From contig JBEGVZ010000118.1 of NCBI GenBank assembly GCA_041178085.1, positions 1 through 30,642 on the forward strand: 30,642 nucleotides of DNA, read 5' to 3'. Made by a program: the position numbers and the translations under genes. Positions 1-7,917 of this stretch are shown piece by piece. The DNA is from Pseudomonadota bacterium. GTDB lineage: Bacteria; Bdellovibrionota_B; Oligoflexia; Oligoflexales; RGVZ01. Position 1 is the stretch's first letter. Each line of letters opens with the position of its first letter. The notes beneath the pieces are model-generated. The model saw only the letters and a program-made list of their open reading frames with translations, had not been told where the DNA came from and ran no database searches.

Positions 1-555
1 CTCGCAATCGCCGACGAACTGAAACTCAGCAGAGACCTCAAACGCCAGCTGCTGATCAGTGCCCTGTGCCATGACATTGGTAAGATCGGTGTGCCGGATT
101 CGGTTTTGAAAAAGGCGTCCCTTCTTTCGCCGGAGGAGTACCAGGAAATGAAGCTACATCCTGTGCTCGGCGCCGAGATCGTGCAAAAACTGCCGGGGGC
201 GCAGCGATTCCTTTCCGGCATCAAGTATCACCACGAACGGTGGGATGGATCCGGATATCCGGACGGACTGAAAGGGGAAGAGATTCCTTTTTTCGGCCGC
301 ATTGTTGGCATCAGTGACGTATTCGACGCAATGGTTTCCGGACGTGCTTACAGCGGTTTCATTGACCAGTCGGATGCCGTTGAACGCCTGCACGAGGAAA
401 AGGAACTGTTCGACCCGGAGATCCTGAAGGCCTTCGCCCGTGCCCACGATCGCGGAACACTCACCATCAAGACCAGCACCCGTCAGAATGCCATCGAAGA
501 AGAGCTCTCCCTGCTGAAGATCGAGATTGAGGATTCAGCAAAAAACAAGCGTTAG
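1..555 (+). CDS. HD-GYP domain protein (c-di-GMP phosphodiesterase family), 5'-truncated by the window edge
   Basis: Frame is open from base 1 (LAIADEL...ALCHDIGKIGVPD). It contains HDIGK, HHERWDGSGYPDGLKGEEIP and DVFDAM, the HD-GYP signature motifs. Confidence 0.93.
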   Translation, partial: LAIADELKLSRDLKRQLLISALCHDIGKIGVPDSVLKKASLLSPEEYQEMKLHPVLGAEIVQKLPGAQRFLSGIKYHHERWDGSGYPDGLKGEEIPFFGRIVGISDVFDAMVSGRAYSGFIDQSDAVERLHEEKELFDPEILKAFARAHDRGTLTIKTSTRQNAIEEELSLLKIEIEDSAKNKR

Positions 556-608
556 GCCGTCCTGTCCGCCATGTTCCCCTGCCTGCCAACAATCTGTGAA
601 TTTTGCGC

Positions 609-614
609 TACAAT
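609..614 (+). promoter_or_regulatory. Possible sigma70 -10 element for the motor cluster
   Basis: TACAAT lies ~50 nt upstream of ATG 665, with a GAGGAG SD at 654-659. No convincing -35. Confidence 0.3.
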
Positions 615-664
615 GGATAGTGACCCTAAGTCCCTTTTTTTCCTTTCTTCACTGAGGAGCCGCC

Positions 665-1468
665 ATGTGGGCTGAACTCGCGTTGAGTTTCAAGCACGGC
701 AACATCTACGTGCTATCGATCTTCGCCATCGGATTCCTGTCGGCGCTGATCTTCTTCGAACGCTTCGTGATGGTGCAATTCGTTTACAACCTGAACTTTG
801 AGCGTTTTCTGCTCAATATCCGCCGTGCGATCGCCGCTGAAGATCTTGACCGTGCTGTTTCACTCTGCAAGAACGCGGGCCGCACTTCCCTGCCGATGAT
901 TGCGCTGAAGGCTCTGGAAGCTGCTGAGGCTGACCCGACGACAGTGCGCGGCGCGATTGAGGAAGAGGCCATCCAATTCCTGCCCAAACTTGAAGCGCGG
1001 ATGACCCTGCTGCCGGCCCTCGCAACGCTGGCCATCCTGGCGGGTGTCCTTGGTACGCTTGATGGCGTATGGGCAACCTTTCATGCCATCGATGTCCTTG
1101 ATTCCGCAAAAAAACAGGCGACGGTTGCCAAGGGTCTTGCGGCGAGCCTGAGCCCTGCTGCCATGGGCATCCTGGTCGCTGCCTTCACGATCTTCGGCCA
1201 ACAGATTCTCCGCGGCTATGCGCTGCGGGTCGTTGAGAAGATCCACTTGGGCGTTTCCGTGCTGAATAACCTGCTCGTCCCAAGTGAGTCCACAGCCTTT
1301 GTGCCGATTGCTGCCGCGGCAGCCGGAGGCGGCATGATGTCTGCTGCATCCCATTTGGGCGGAGAACCGGGCAAGGGAACGGATATTTCTGACGCAGGAG
1401 CCAATGCAAATGCAACGCCGGTCGTCACTGCAAGTGAAGATATCAAGGACGAAGAAGAGATTATCTGA
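665..1468 (+). CDS. MotA/TolQ/ExbB-family proton-channel subunit (AglR-like)
   Basis: Strong SD and three TM segments. FFERF follows TM1. LPKLEAR..LATLAILAGVLGT..G and AKGLAASL...AMGILVA align with ExbB/AglR TM2 and TM3. Confidence 0.88.
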   Translation: MWAELALSFKHGNIYVLSIFAIGFLSALIFFERFVMVQFVYNLNFERFLLNIRRAIAAEDLDRAVSLCKNAGRTSLPMIALKALEAAEADPTTVRGAIEEEAIQFLPKLEARMTLLPALATLAILAGVLGTLDGVWATFHAIDVLDSAKKQATVAKGLAASLSPAAMGILVAAFTIFGQQILRGYALRVVEKIHLGVSVLNNLLVPSESTAFVPIAAAAAGGGMMSAASHLGGEPGKGTDISDAGANANATPVVTASEDIKDEEEII

Positions 1469-1973
1469 CGGTGGGTTCCAGGTTCACGCCCTGGTTGCCC
1501 TCACCGGGATGATGCTCTGCTTAGGTTCGATGCTGGCCGTGGTCATGGCGCCGGGCTCCTACGCCATTGTTCACACTGAATTCCCGGTGGTCCCGGCATC
1601 ACTTGATGACTCAGGCCTGCACAGGTTCACGGAGCGGCCGGGCCATTTCATCAAGGCGACCACTCCGGCCATTGTCATGACCATGGATGCGATGTTCCTT
1701 GGTGATCTTGAAGCCTTCTCGGAGCGCTACCCTGACGCGCGTGACAAGATCCGGGTTGGGCACAAGGACTCTTCGCCACAGGTCGGAAAATTCCTTGCGG
1801 CGATGAAGAAGTGGGTGGCTGCGCGCGCTGCAAACAGAACTTGGCGGAACGAAGGGGTCGTGGTGTTTGCTCCGGCCAACAACATACCGGCATCGATTGT
1901 GATTGAAGTCATGGAAGCGTTGCAGTCTGACGACACCTTTTCGAGGGTCATCCTTGCGAGCGGGTTGATTTGA
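1410..1973 (+). CDS. Divergent ExbD/TolR-like subunit 1 (AglQ/AglS-like)
   Basis: Basic N-terminus and a single TM. The C-terminal VVFAPANNIPASIVIEVMEAL...FSRVIL resembles the ExbD periplasmic fold, and the gene follows exbB. Start is uncertain; 1410 chosen for the AGGAG SD at 1396-1400. Confidence 0.65.
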   Translation: MQRRSSLQVKISRTKKRLSDGGFQVHALVALTGMMLCLGSMLAVVMAPGSYAIVHTEFPVVPASLDDSGLHRFTERPGHFIKATTPAIVMTMDAMFLGDLEAFSERYPDARDKIRVGHKDSSPQVGKFLAAMKKWVAARAANRTWRNEGVVVFAPANNIPASIVIEVMEALQSDDTFSRVILASGLI

Positions 1974-2536
1974 TGCAGATCCTGCCAGGAAAAAAGAAAG
2001 TCCGGATGCTTGACGAGGCCTTTGACCGGGCGTCATCGCGCCTTGAAGAGGGAACTCAAGTCGACATCTCGGTCGGCATGCTTGCGCTTCTGATAACCGG
2101 CGTGATCGCCCTGGCCTGCGGCGTCAAGGCATTCGATGTCGCAAATCCACGCTTGTCCTATCCAGGTCAGCCACTGGCAATGGACCTTGATGCAAACGAA
2201 ACGGCGCCAGGCATCTGGTTTTCCATGGCCCCAGACGATGACAAGGTCATTCTCACGACCGATGACCGCAGAATCTTTGAGTGGTCTCTTGACCCGGAGG
2301 AAGCGCTTGATAGCGCAGGCTACCGCGAATTCGAAAAGTTCCTCAAGGAACGCCGCCGGCAGATTGTCGAGAATCTTGTTCTTTCGATGTCCCGGGAGGA
2401 CCTTGACACCAGGTCGATGGCGGTTGTGTCCCTGGATGACCGGCTGACTTATGCCCACTTCAAGCCGGTAATGCTCGCACTTGTCGGGGCCGGCATTCGT
2501 TCCTATGGCTTTGAAACCCTCGTGGCGGAAGATTGA
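1973..2536 (+). CDS. Divergent ExbD/TolR-like subunit 2
   Basis: TGATG stop/start overlap and a single N-terminal TM. The C-terminal AVVSLDDRLTYAHFKPVMLALVGAGIRSYGF matches the ExbD pattern (D...Y....VM..L..AG). Confidence 0.72.
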   Translation: MQILPGKKKVRMLDEAFDRASSRLEEGTQVDISVGMLALLITGVIALACGVKAFDVANPRLSYPGQPLAMDLDANETAPGIWFSMAPDDDKVILTTDDRRIFEWSLDPEEALDSAGYREFEKFLKERRRQIVENLVLSMSREDLDTRSMAVVSLDDRLTYAHFKPVMLALVGAGIRSYGFETLVAED

Positions 2537-2539
2537 ACC

Positions 2540-4174
2540 ATGGCCGCTAAGGCGAAGAACAAAGGCCTGATGCTGTTTGTCGAGATCCTGCAAAACGGGG
2601 CGACCGTTGCGCGTTCCACCAGGCCCCTTGGCAAGACAGGCAGGATCGAGATTTCTGGCGGCTCCTCAGGCGCCCTCGTCATACCTCTGTACGGGCAGCG
2701 CGCGAATTCCAGGATATTCTCATCATCCGGCGGGAAAACATTCCTTGAGCTTGATCGCCTCTGGGAAGGGTTTGTTGTCTCCACCGGCGAGGTCGTCAAC
2801 ATCACTCGCAAGCATCGCCCTCCAGGCGGACTTGAGCTTGGTCGCGGAGACTACGGAAGCCTGGTGAACGGCGACTTGATGCTGCTGTTCAAAGTGGGTC
2901 CCAAACCGAAATCGGTCAAACATGCCATTCTGAGAATCTACCGGCCCGGGCTTTTCAGCGGTATGGTCCGTGATCGTCTGGAAATTCCATCGGCTGCCTA
3001 TGCGACCCTATTGGCCACCCTGCTCGTCGGGGGGTTTGGCTTTGGCTTGCTGCAACACCCCGGTCGACCGAAACTTGCGTTTGAGCTGCTCGACGAACCC
3101 TACACGCTCCCTTTCATTGCGCCGGGGCACCTTGAGACCGCTCCAGAGGCCCTGCAAAATAACCTGGTGCGCTCCGGATTCGTGCCATCGGTCATCCGTT
3201 ATTACCGTGCCGTGATCGCGGCGCTGACCGGCCAATCCAAAGAGAGCGACCCGCTGACCTTTGCCCAGACAAGAAAAAGCACACAAGCCGCCTATAGCGC
3301 ACTGAATGCGGAGCTCGAAGAGCAGCGGCACGCACAAGAACGGACGGCACAGGCTGCGCTGAGCCGCCCTCTTTCCGCTATCATGTCAATCCCAGCCCTT
3401 GAGGGTGAGACCATCAACGGGGAAATAAAACGCCTGCAAGACAAGATCGAGCTTCACCAGAAAGGCCTGCAAAGAAACCTTGAGATGAAGCGTAAAGTGA
3501 AGGAGCTTTTTCCGAAGGACGTCGATTACAACTTTGACGCTTACCGTGACATCAAGCCGGGCCGGAAGGGGCTGCTGAATGAGGAGACGATCGCAGCTCT
3601 GGCCAAGATCCGCCCTTTTGCCGAAATGACCGACGAAGAGGCAATGTACTTTCAGGCCTCACGCGCCGGCATCCTGGCCCGGGCCATGAGTGGTTCCAAA
3701 AAGGATGAGCATCCCGCGACGGATAACACACCTGTCGGCCTTGGCTCGCGTGTGGCATTTGCAACCTACGTTTTCGACCCGGAAAGCCTTTTTGACGACA
3801 AGAAGGTCGATGCCCTTCAAGGTTCGGGGGTAGACCCGCAGAAACCAAGAGTGATCAAGGTGGTGGAACCACTCATCGGTGAACTGGATCCCAAGCTGGT
3901 TGAAACCACAATCAGGAAATACCGTTACGAGTTACAGTCTTGCTTTGAGAAAGCCCTGAAGCGTGACAAGTTCACCCGGGGCGCGATGGAGTGGCGCTGG
4001 CGGATTGACTCCACCGGCAGGCTGGATGACCTGCATCTTGTCAAAACCAGTATCGAAGACAATGAGATGTCTCGCTGCGTTCGCCAGAAAATGGCCCGTT
4101 GGCGCTTCCCCCGACCTAAACGGGGCAGCATTGAGGTCACCTATCCATTTGAGTTCAACCCTTCGCGCGGCTAG
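2540..4174 (+). CDS. GltG/PglI-like protein with TonB-like (AgmX/PglI) C-terminal domain
   Basis: Beta-rich N-terminal region, one TM (~aa 151-170) and a helical middle. The C-terminus LDPKLVETTIRKYRYELQSCFEKAL...G.MEWRWRIDSTG...CV..KMARWRFPRPKRGSIEVTYPFEF is typical of the AgmX/PglI C-terminal domain. Confidence 0.8.
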   Translation: MAAKAKNKGLMLFVEILQNGATVARSTRPLGKTGRIEISGGSSGALVIPLYGQRANSRIFSSSGGKTFLELDRLWEGFVVSTGEVVNITRKHRPPGGLELGRGDYGSLVNGDLMLLFKVGPKPKSVKHAILRIYRPGLFSGMVRDRLEIPSAAYATLLATLLVGGFGFGLLQHPGRPKLAFELLDEPYTLPFIAPGHLETAPEALQNNLVRSGFVPSVIRYYRAVIAALTGQSKESDPLTFAQTRKSTQAAYSALNAELEEQRHAQERTAQAALSRPLSAIMSIPALEGETINGEIKRLQDKIELHQKGLQRNLEMKRKVKELFPKDVDYNFDAYRDIKPGRKGLLNEETIAALAKIRPFAEMTDEEAMYFQASRAGILARAMSGSKKDEHPATDNTPVGLGSRVAFATYVFDPESLFDDKKVDALQGSGVDPQKPRVIKVVEPLIGELDPKLVETTIRKYRYELQSCFEKALKRDKFTRGAMEWRWRIDSTGRLDDLHLVKTSIEDNEMSRCVRQKMARWRFPRPKRGSIEVTYPFEFNPSRG

Positions 4175-4177
4175 ACT
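4149..4177 (+). promoter_or_regulatory. Putative sigma70 promoter for the rnj operon
   Basis: TTGAGT (4149-4154), 17 nt, TAGACT (4172-4177). It overlaps the stop codon of the upstream gene. Confidence 0.55.
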
Positions 4178-4231
4178 CTCGCCGGACGGGGCCGCCCGGG
4201 CGTGCCCCCTGGTCATTCATTCGCGGGTGTA

Positions 4232-5944
4232 ATGGTGCTTTCAGAAAATGAAGATTCAGTCCGTCTGCTGCCGTTTGGCGGCTGCGGCGAATTTGGAATG
4301 AACCTCACGGGTTATCTTTACCGCGGAAAATTATATGTCGTCGATTGCGGGGTCATGTTTCCGGATCCCTCAAAACTTGGCGTGGAAGCCATTTATCCGG
4401 ACGTCAACCCCTGGTTCGAACGCGCCGGCGGTGTGCATGCCTACCTGATCACCCACGGTCACGAGGATCACATCGGGGCCTTGCCCTACGTCCTCGACCG
4501 ATGGCCAGCTCCAGTCTATGCGACGCCGTGGACTGCCGCCCTGATCAACGCGAAATTTGTCCGCCGCAAAGTAGCCGGGCGATTTGAGGTGAATGAGGTC
4601 GCACCGGGAGGCCGGCTGAAGTTTGGCGACGTCAAAGTGGACTACATCCCGGTCAACCATTCGATCCCCCAGGCTTCTGCGTTGTTGATGCAGTTTGGCC
4701 GGCACCGGATCTTTCATACTGGTGACTTCCGGATTGATTTCCAGACGCAGTACGAGCCGATGATGGACCTTGAACAGATCCGTGCCATCGGCAGGGAAGG
4801 CGTCGATCTTCTTGTCGCCGACAGCACAAATGCCCACAGGCCGGGCACAGGCCCAGGCGAACTTTCCGTCGTGGAACCTTTAGCCGAGATCATGCGCAAC
4901 TGCGAAGGCGCGATGATCATTTCGACTTTTGCCAGCAATTATTGGCGCATCAAGACTGTGGCCAACCTGTGCAGCAAACTTGGCAAGAAGCTATTGATCC
5001 TTGGGGGTGGCATCGAACAGGCCATCGCCATCGCAGGCCAAACCGGTTTTGAACCTCTGCCAGACGACATCCGGACAACCGAAGAGCAAGTGGCATCAGG
5101 TCATGTGCCGCGTGACCGCGTCGTCGTCCTTGCCACCGGCAGCCAGGGAGAATGGCGCTCTGCACTTTCGCGCTTGAGCGCCGGCGAACACCGAAGCTTC
5201 AAGGTCCTTCCAGGAGACACGGTGGTTTTTTCCTCGCGCATCATTCCCGGCAACGAAAAGAGTGTCCTCTGGCTGATCAACGGTTTTATCCGGGCCGGCG
5301 CAAACGTGGTGACATCAAGAGACAATCCGGGAATCCATGTCAGCGGTCATGCCTACCGGGACGAAATCAAGACGCTTGTCGAGTGCTTGAAACCACGCTT
5401 CTTCATCCCCATGCACGGGACGTTTAGTCACCTTGATTCCAACGAAAAGGTGATCGATGAGCTTGGTCTGGACGCTACCGGCACCATGTTGATGGAAGAC
5501 GGTGACATAGTGGAATTATCAGACAAGGGCGTCAGCAAAGCCGGGGCAGTCGATGTCGGCATACTTTACGTTGACTCGGATTCCTACGCCTCGCTGACCA
5601 AAGAAGTCCTGCGCGAAAGGCTCAGAATCGGAGAGGGCGGCTGCGCCTTCATCACCGGGGTCTTTGACTTGGGTGGAAAACGCTGGCTGCGAGCGCCAGA
5701 CATTTTGCTCCAAGGCATCGAATTCCGTCCAGAAGATGGTCATGCGGGCCCCGTCAACCGGGAGGTGTGGCTGGAAGAGGCCGCGATGTACGTTGCTGAC
5801 GCCGTGACCAGCCTGGCCTCCCGGCAGCAGGAAATTGATGGCGAGGCGCTGGAAGAGGAAGCGCGCCTGACCTTGCGTCGACTTCTTTTTGGTTCACTCA
5901 ACCGTAAACCTTCCGTGTTTTCGAGGATTCACTGCTTCGGATGA
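4232..5944 (+). CDS. rnj: Ribonuclease J
   Basis: PFGGCGEFGMN, VDCG, THGHEDHIG (metallo-beta-lactamase), VNHSIP, HTGDF, TGSQGE, IPGNE and HVSGHA motifs. Start 4232 preferred over GTG 4202. Confidence 0.95.
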   Translation: MVLSENEDSVRLLPFGGCGEFGMNLTGYLYRGKLYVVDCGVMFPDPSKLGVEAIYPDVNPWFERAGGVHAYLITHGHEDHIGALPYVLDRWPAPVYATPWTAALINAKFVRRKVAGRFEVNEVAPGGRLKFGDVKVDYIPVNHSIPQASALLMQFGRHRIFHTGDFRIDFQTQYEPMMDLEQIRAIGREGVDLLVADSTNAHRPGTGPGELSVVEPLAEIMRNCEGAMIISTFASNYWRIKTVANLCSKLGKKLLILGGGIEQAIAIAGQTGFEPLPDDIRTTEEQVASGHVPRDRVVVLATGSQGEWRSALSRLSAGEHRSFKVLPGDTVVFSSRIIPGNEKSVLWLINGFIRAGANVVTSRDNPGIHVSGHAYRDEIKTLVECLKPRFFIPMHGTFSHLDSNEKVIDELGLDATGTMLMEDGDIVELSDKGVSKAGAVDVGILYVDSDSYASLTKEVLRERLRIGEGGCAFITGVFDLGGKRWLRAPDILLQGIEFRPEDGHAGPVNREVWLEEAAMYVADAVTSLASRQQEIDGEALEEEARLTLRRLLFGSLNRKPSVFSRIHCFG

Positions 5945-6549
5945 AAGACCTTCTTGTTGTTTCCGCGGTCGACTTTGAGGTGCGCCCCCTGTGCCAGCGC
6001 CTGAAGGCTCGCGGCATCCCTCACAGGACGGCTCACACGGGAATAGGTTCCCTTGCCGCGGCGGCCTCTGCTCTGGAGCTGGGCCGGCTGTCTACCGGTT
6101 GTCATGTGATCTTCGTTGGGACGGCCGGCACTTTCGCCTCTTTTGAACAACCTTTTCTGTGCACGGCATCTCGTGTTTGCTGGCTTCCCTCCGGCGAACG
6201 CACAGGTATCAGCTACGGCATTCCGCGTGGCAAATTACACGCCCTCGCGCTGGAGCCATCGGCACGGATAGGGCTGCCGGAGAAGACGGTCCTCTGTTCT
6301 CCCTCGATCAGCATGACGTCAGCATTTGCACCAGACTGGGAGAAAGAACTTATTCCTGGAGATTGTGTCGAGAACCTTGAACTGTGGTCATGTGCGGCTG
6401 CGCTGAAGGCGGGTGCAAAGCGCCTCGATGTGATCCTCGGCATCACTAATCAAATCGGCCCCAACGCCCATGAGCAATGGGTCAAGTGGCATGGGCAGGC
6501 CGCTGAAATGACGGCCGCACACGTGGAGAAATATCTCTGTGAAAATTGA
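5941..6549 (+). CDS. Nucleoside phosphorylase/nucleosidase family protein (futalosine hydrolase MqnB or MTAN-like)
   Basis: VVSAVDFE, TGIGSLAAA, IFVGTAG, VENLE and GITN motifs of the PNP/UDP phosphorylase fold. ATGA overlap with rnj. Confidence 0.72.
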   Translation: MKDLLVVSAVDFEVRPLCQRLKARGIPHRTAHTGIGSLAAAASALELGRLSTGCHVIFVGTAGTFASFEQPFLCTASRVCWLPSGERTGISYGIPRGKLHALALEPSARIGLPEKTVLCSPSISMTSAFAPDWEKELIPGDCVENLELWSCAAALKAGAKRLDVILGITNQIGPNAHEQWVKWHGQAAEMTAAHVEKYLCEN

Positions 6550-7132
6550 ATTGCTGAAAAAACGTACTTTGATTGAGACGGTCCCCTTCAACGTCGAAGA
6601 AATCGAGTTGCAGACATCTCGTGGACCAAGCCGTCACCCCTGGTACCGCCTGGCTTGCGCTGACTGGGTGAACATCCTGCCGGTTACGGCGGGCAACAAG
6701 GCGATCCTCATCCGGCAACCTCGGGCCGGCATACTTGCGCCGGTCCTGGAAGTACCCGGTGGTATGGTGGATCCTTCAGAAAAGGACCCGACCATGGCTG
6801 CGATACGGGAACTTGAGGAGGAAACTGGTTACACAAGCCAACGGATCCTGCCGCTTGGCAGCATGAACCCGAATCCTGCCATCATGACCAACAAATGCCA
6901 TTTCTTCGTCGCACTGGGCTGCTATCCAAATCCATCGCGAAAACATTTCCCGGATGCGGAAGAAAATATCGAGATCGTTGAGACTCCAGTCGATCGCCTT
7001 GCAGACATGGTCCGGTTCGGCGAAATAAATCATTGCCTTGCCGCGTTGTGCATCATGATGGCAGCAAAGTACGTTAGAATTGATACCAATAAGGACGAAG
7101 CAAGTAACCAAAGGGAAACCAACGTCCCATGA
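6539..7132 (+). CDS. NUDIX hydrolase (ADP-ribose pyrophosphatase-like)
   Basis: Nudix box EVPGGMVDPSEKDPTMAAIRELEEETGY, plus DWVNI and PNPA. Confidence 0.93.
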   Translation: MKIELLKKRTLIETVPFNVEEIELQTSRGPSRHPWYRLACADWVNILPVTAGNKAILIRQPRAGILAPVLEVPGGMVDPSEKDPTMAAIRELEEETGYTSQRILPLGSMNPNPAIMTNKCHFFVALGCYPNPSRKHFPDAEENIEIVETPVDRLADMVRFGEINHCLAALCIMMAAKYVRIDTNKDEASNQRETNVP

Positions 7133-7875
7133 AGATCCTGGCCAGCGGATCCACCGACGTCGGTCGCGTCCGGCAGACCAACCAGGACAGTTTTCTCGTC
7201 GATCTGAACGAGATGCTGTTTATGGTTGCAGACGGCATGGGCGGCCATGCCGGGGGAGAAGTTGCCAGCCGCGTATGTATCGAGGAAGCGCGGGATTATT
7301 TGCGCGCGCATGGCAGCATGATGAAGGAGTCCGGCGGAAGCCACCCGGATGCACGCCTTGCCAGTCTGCTCTGTGAAGCCATCAACCATGCATCGACCAG
7401 GGTCTACGAAAAAGCTCTTGAGGAGCCTGACCTGAAAGGCATGGGGACAACAGGTACGCTGCTAAAGCTGGTTCCCGGACATGCCTACTGCGCTCACGTT
7501 GGTGACAGCCGCCTCTACCTGATCCGGGAGGGGTTTATTTACCAGATCACCTTTGACCACTCGCTGGTCAGCGAGCAGCTGCGGGCCGGGCTGATCACGA
7601 AGGAGCAGGCTAAAATCCACGATCGTAAAAATGTCATCACCCGGAGTGTCGGCTATCAGGAGCAGGAGGACGTCGACTCCTTCAACCTTCCGACCCAGCC
7701 CGGAGATCTCTTCATTCTGAGCAGCGATGGGCTTCACGGAAAGCTAAACGACGATGAAATCTCCAACTATTGTCGAAAGTTATCGTGTGATGCGGTGGCC
7801 CCATTGATCGCCCAGGCAAACGAGCGAGGCGGGGAGGACAACATCACCGCCATCGTTATTCACGTAAAAAGCTAA
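7129..7875 (+). CDS. PP2C-type Ser/Thr protein phosphatase (Stp1/PrpC family)
   Basis: TDVGRVR..NQD, VADGMGGHAGGEVAS, GMGTT, HVGDSR, DHS, SDGL and GGEDNIT motifs. Confidence 0.96.
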   Translation: MKILASGSTDVGRVRQTNQDSFLVDLNEMLFMVADGMGGHAGGEVASRVCIEEARDYLRAHGSMMKESGGSHPDARLASLLCEAINHASTRVYEKALEEPDLKGMGTTGTLLKLVPGHAYCAHVGDSRLYLIREGFIYQITFDHSLVSEQLRAGLITKEQAKIHDRKNVITRSVGYQEQEDVDSFNLPTQPGDLFILSSDGLHGKLNDDEISNYCRKLSCDAVAPLIAQANERGGEDNITAIVIHVKS

Positions 7876-7883
7876 AACCTGCC

Positions 7884-7910
7884 TAAAGTTTGAACGCCCG
7901 ATGCCGAACC
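7884..7910 (+). promoter_or_regulatory. Putative sigma28 (FliA) promoter of the M23 peptidase gene
   Basis: TAAAGTTT (7884-7891), 11 nt, GCCGAACC (7903-7910), versus the consensus TAAAGTTT-N11-GCCGATAA. The ATG lies 7 nt downstream. Confidence 0.7.
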
Positions 7911-7917
7911 ACCCGGC

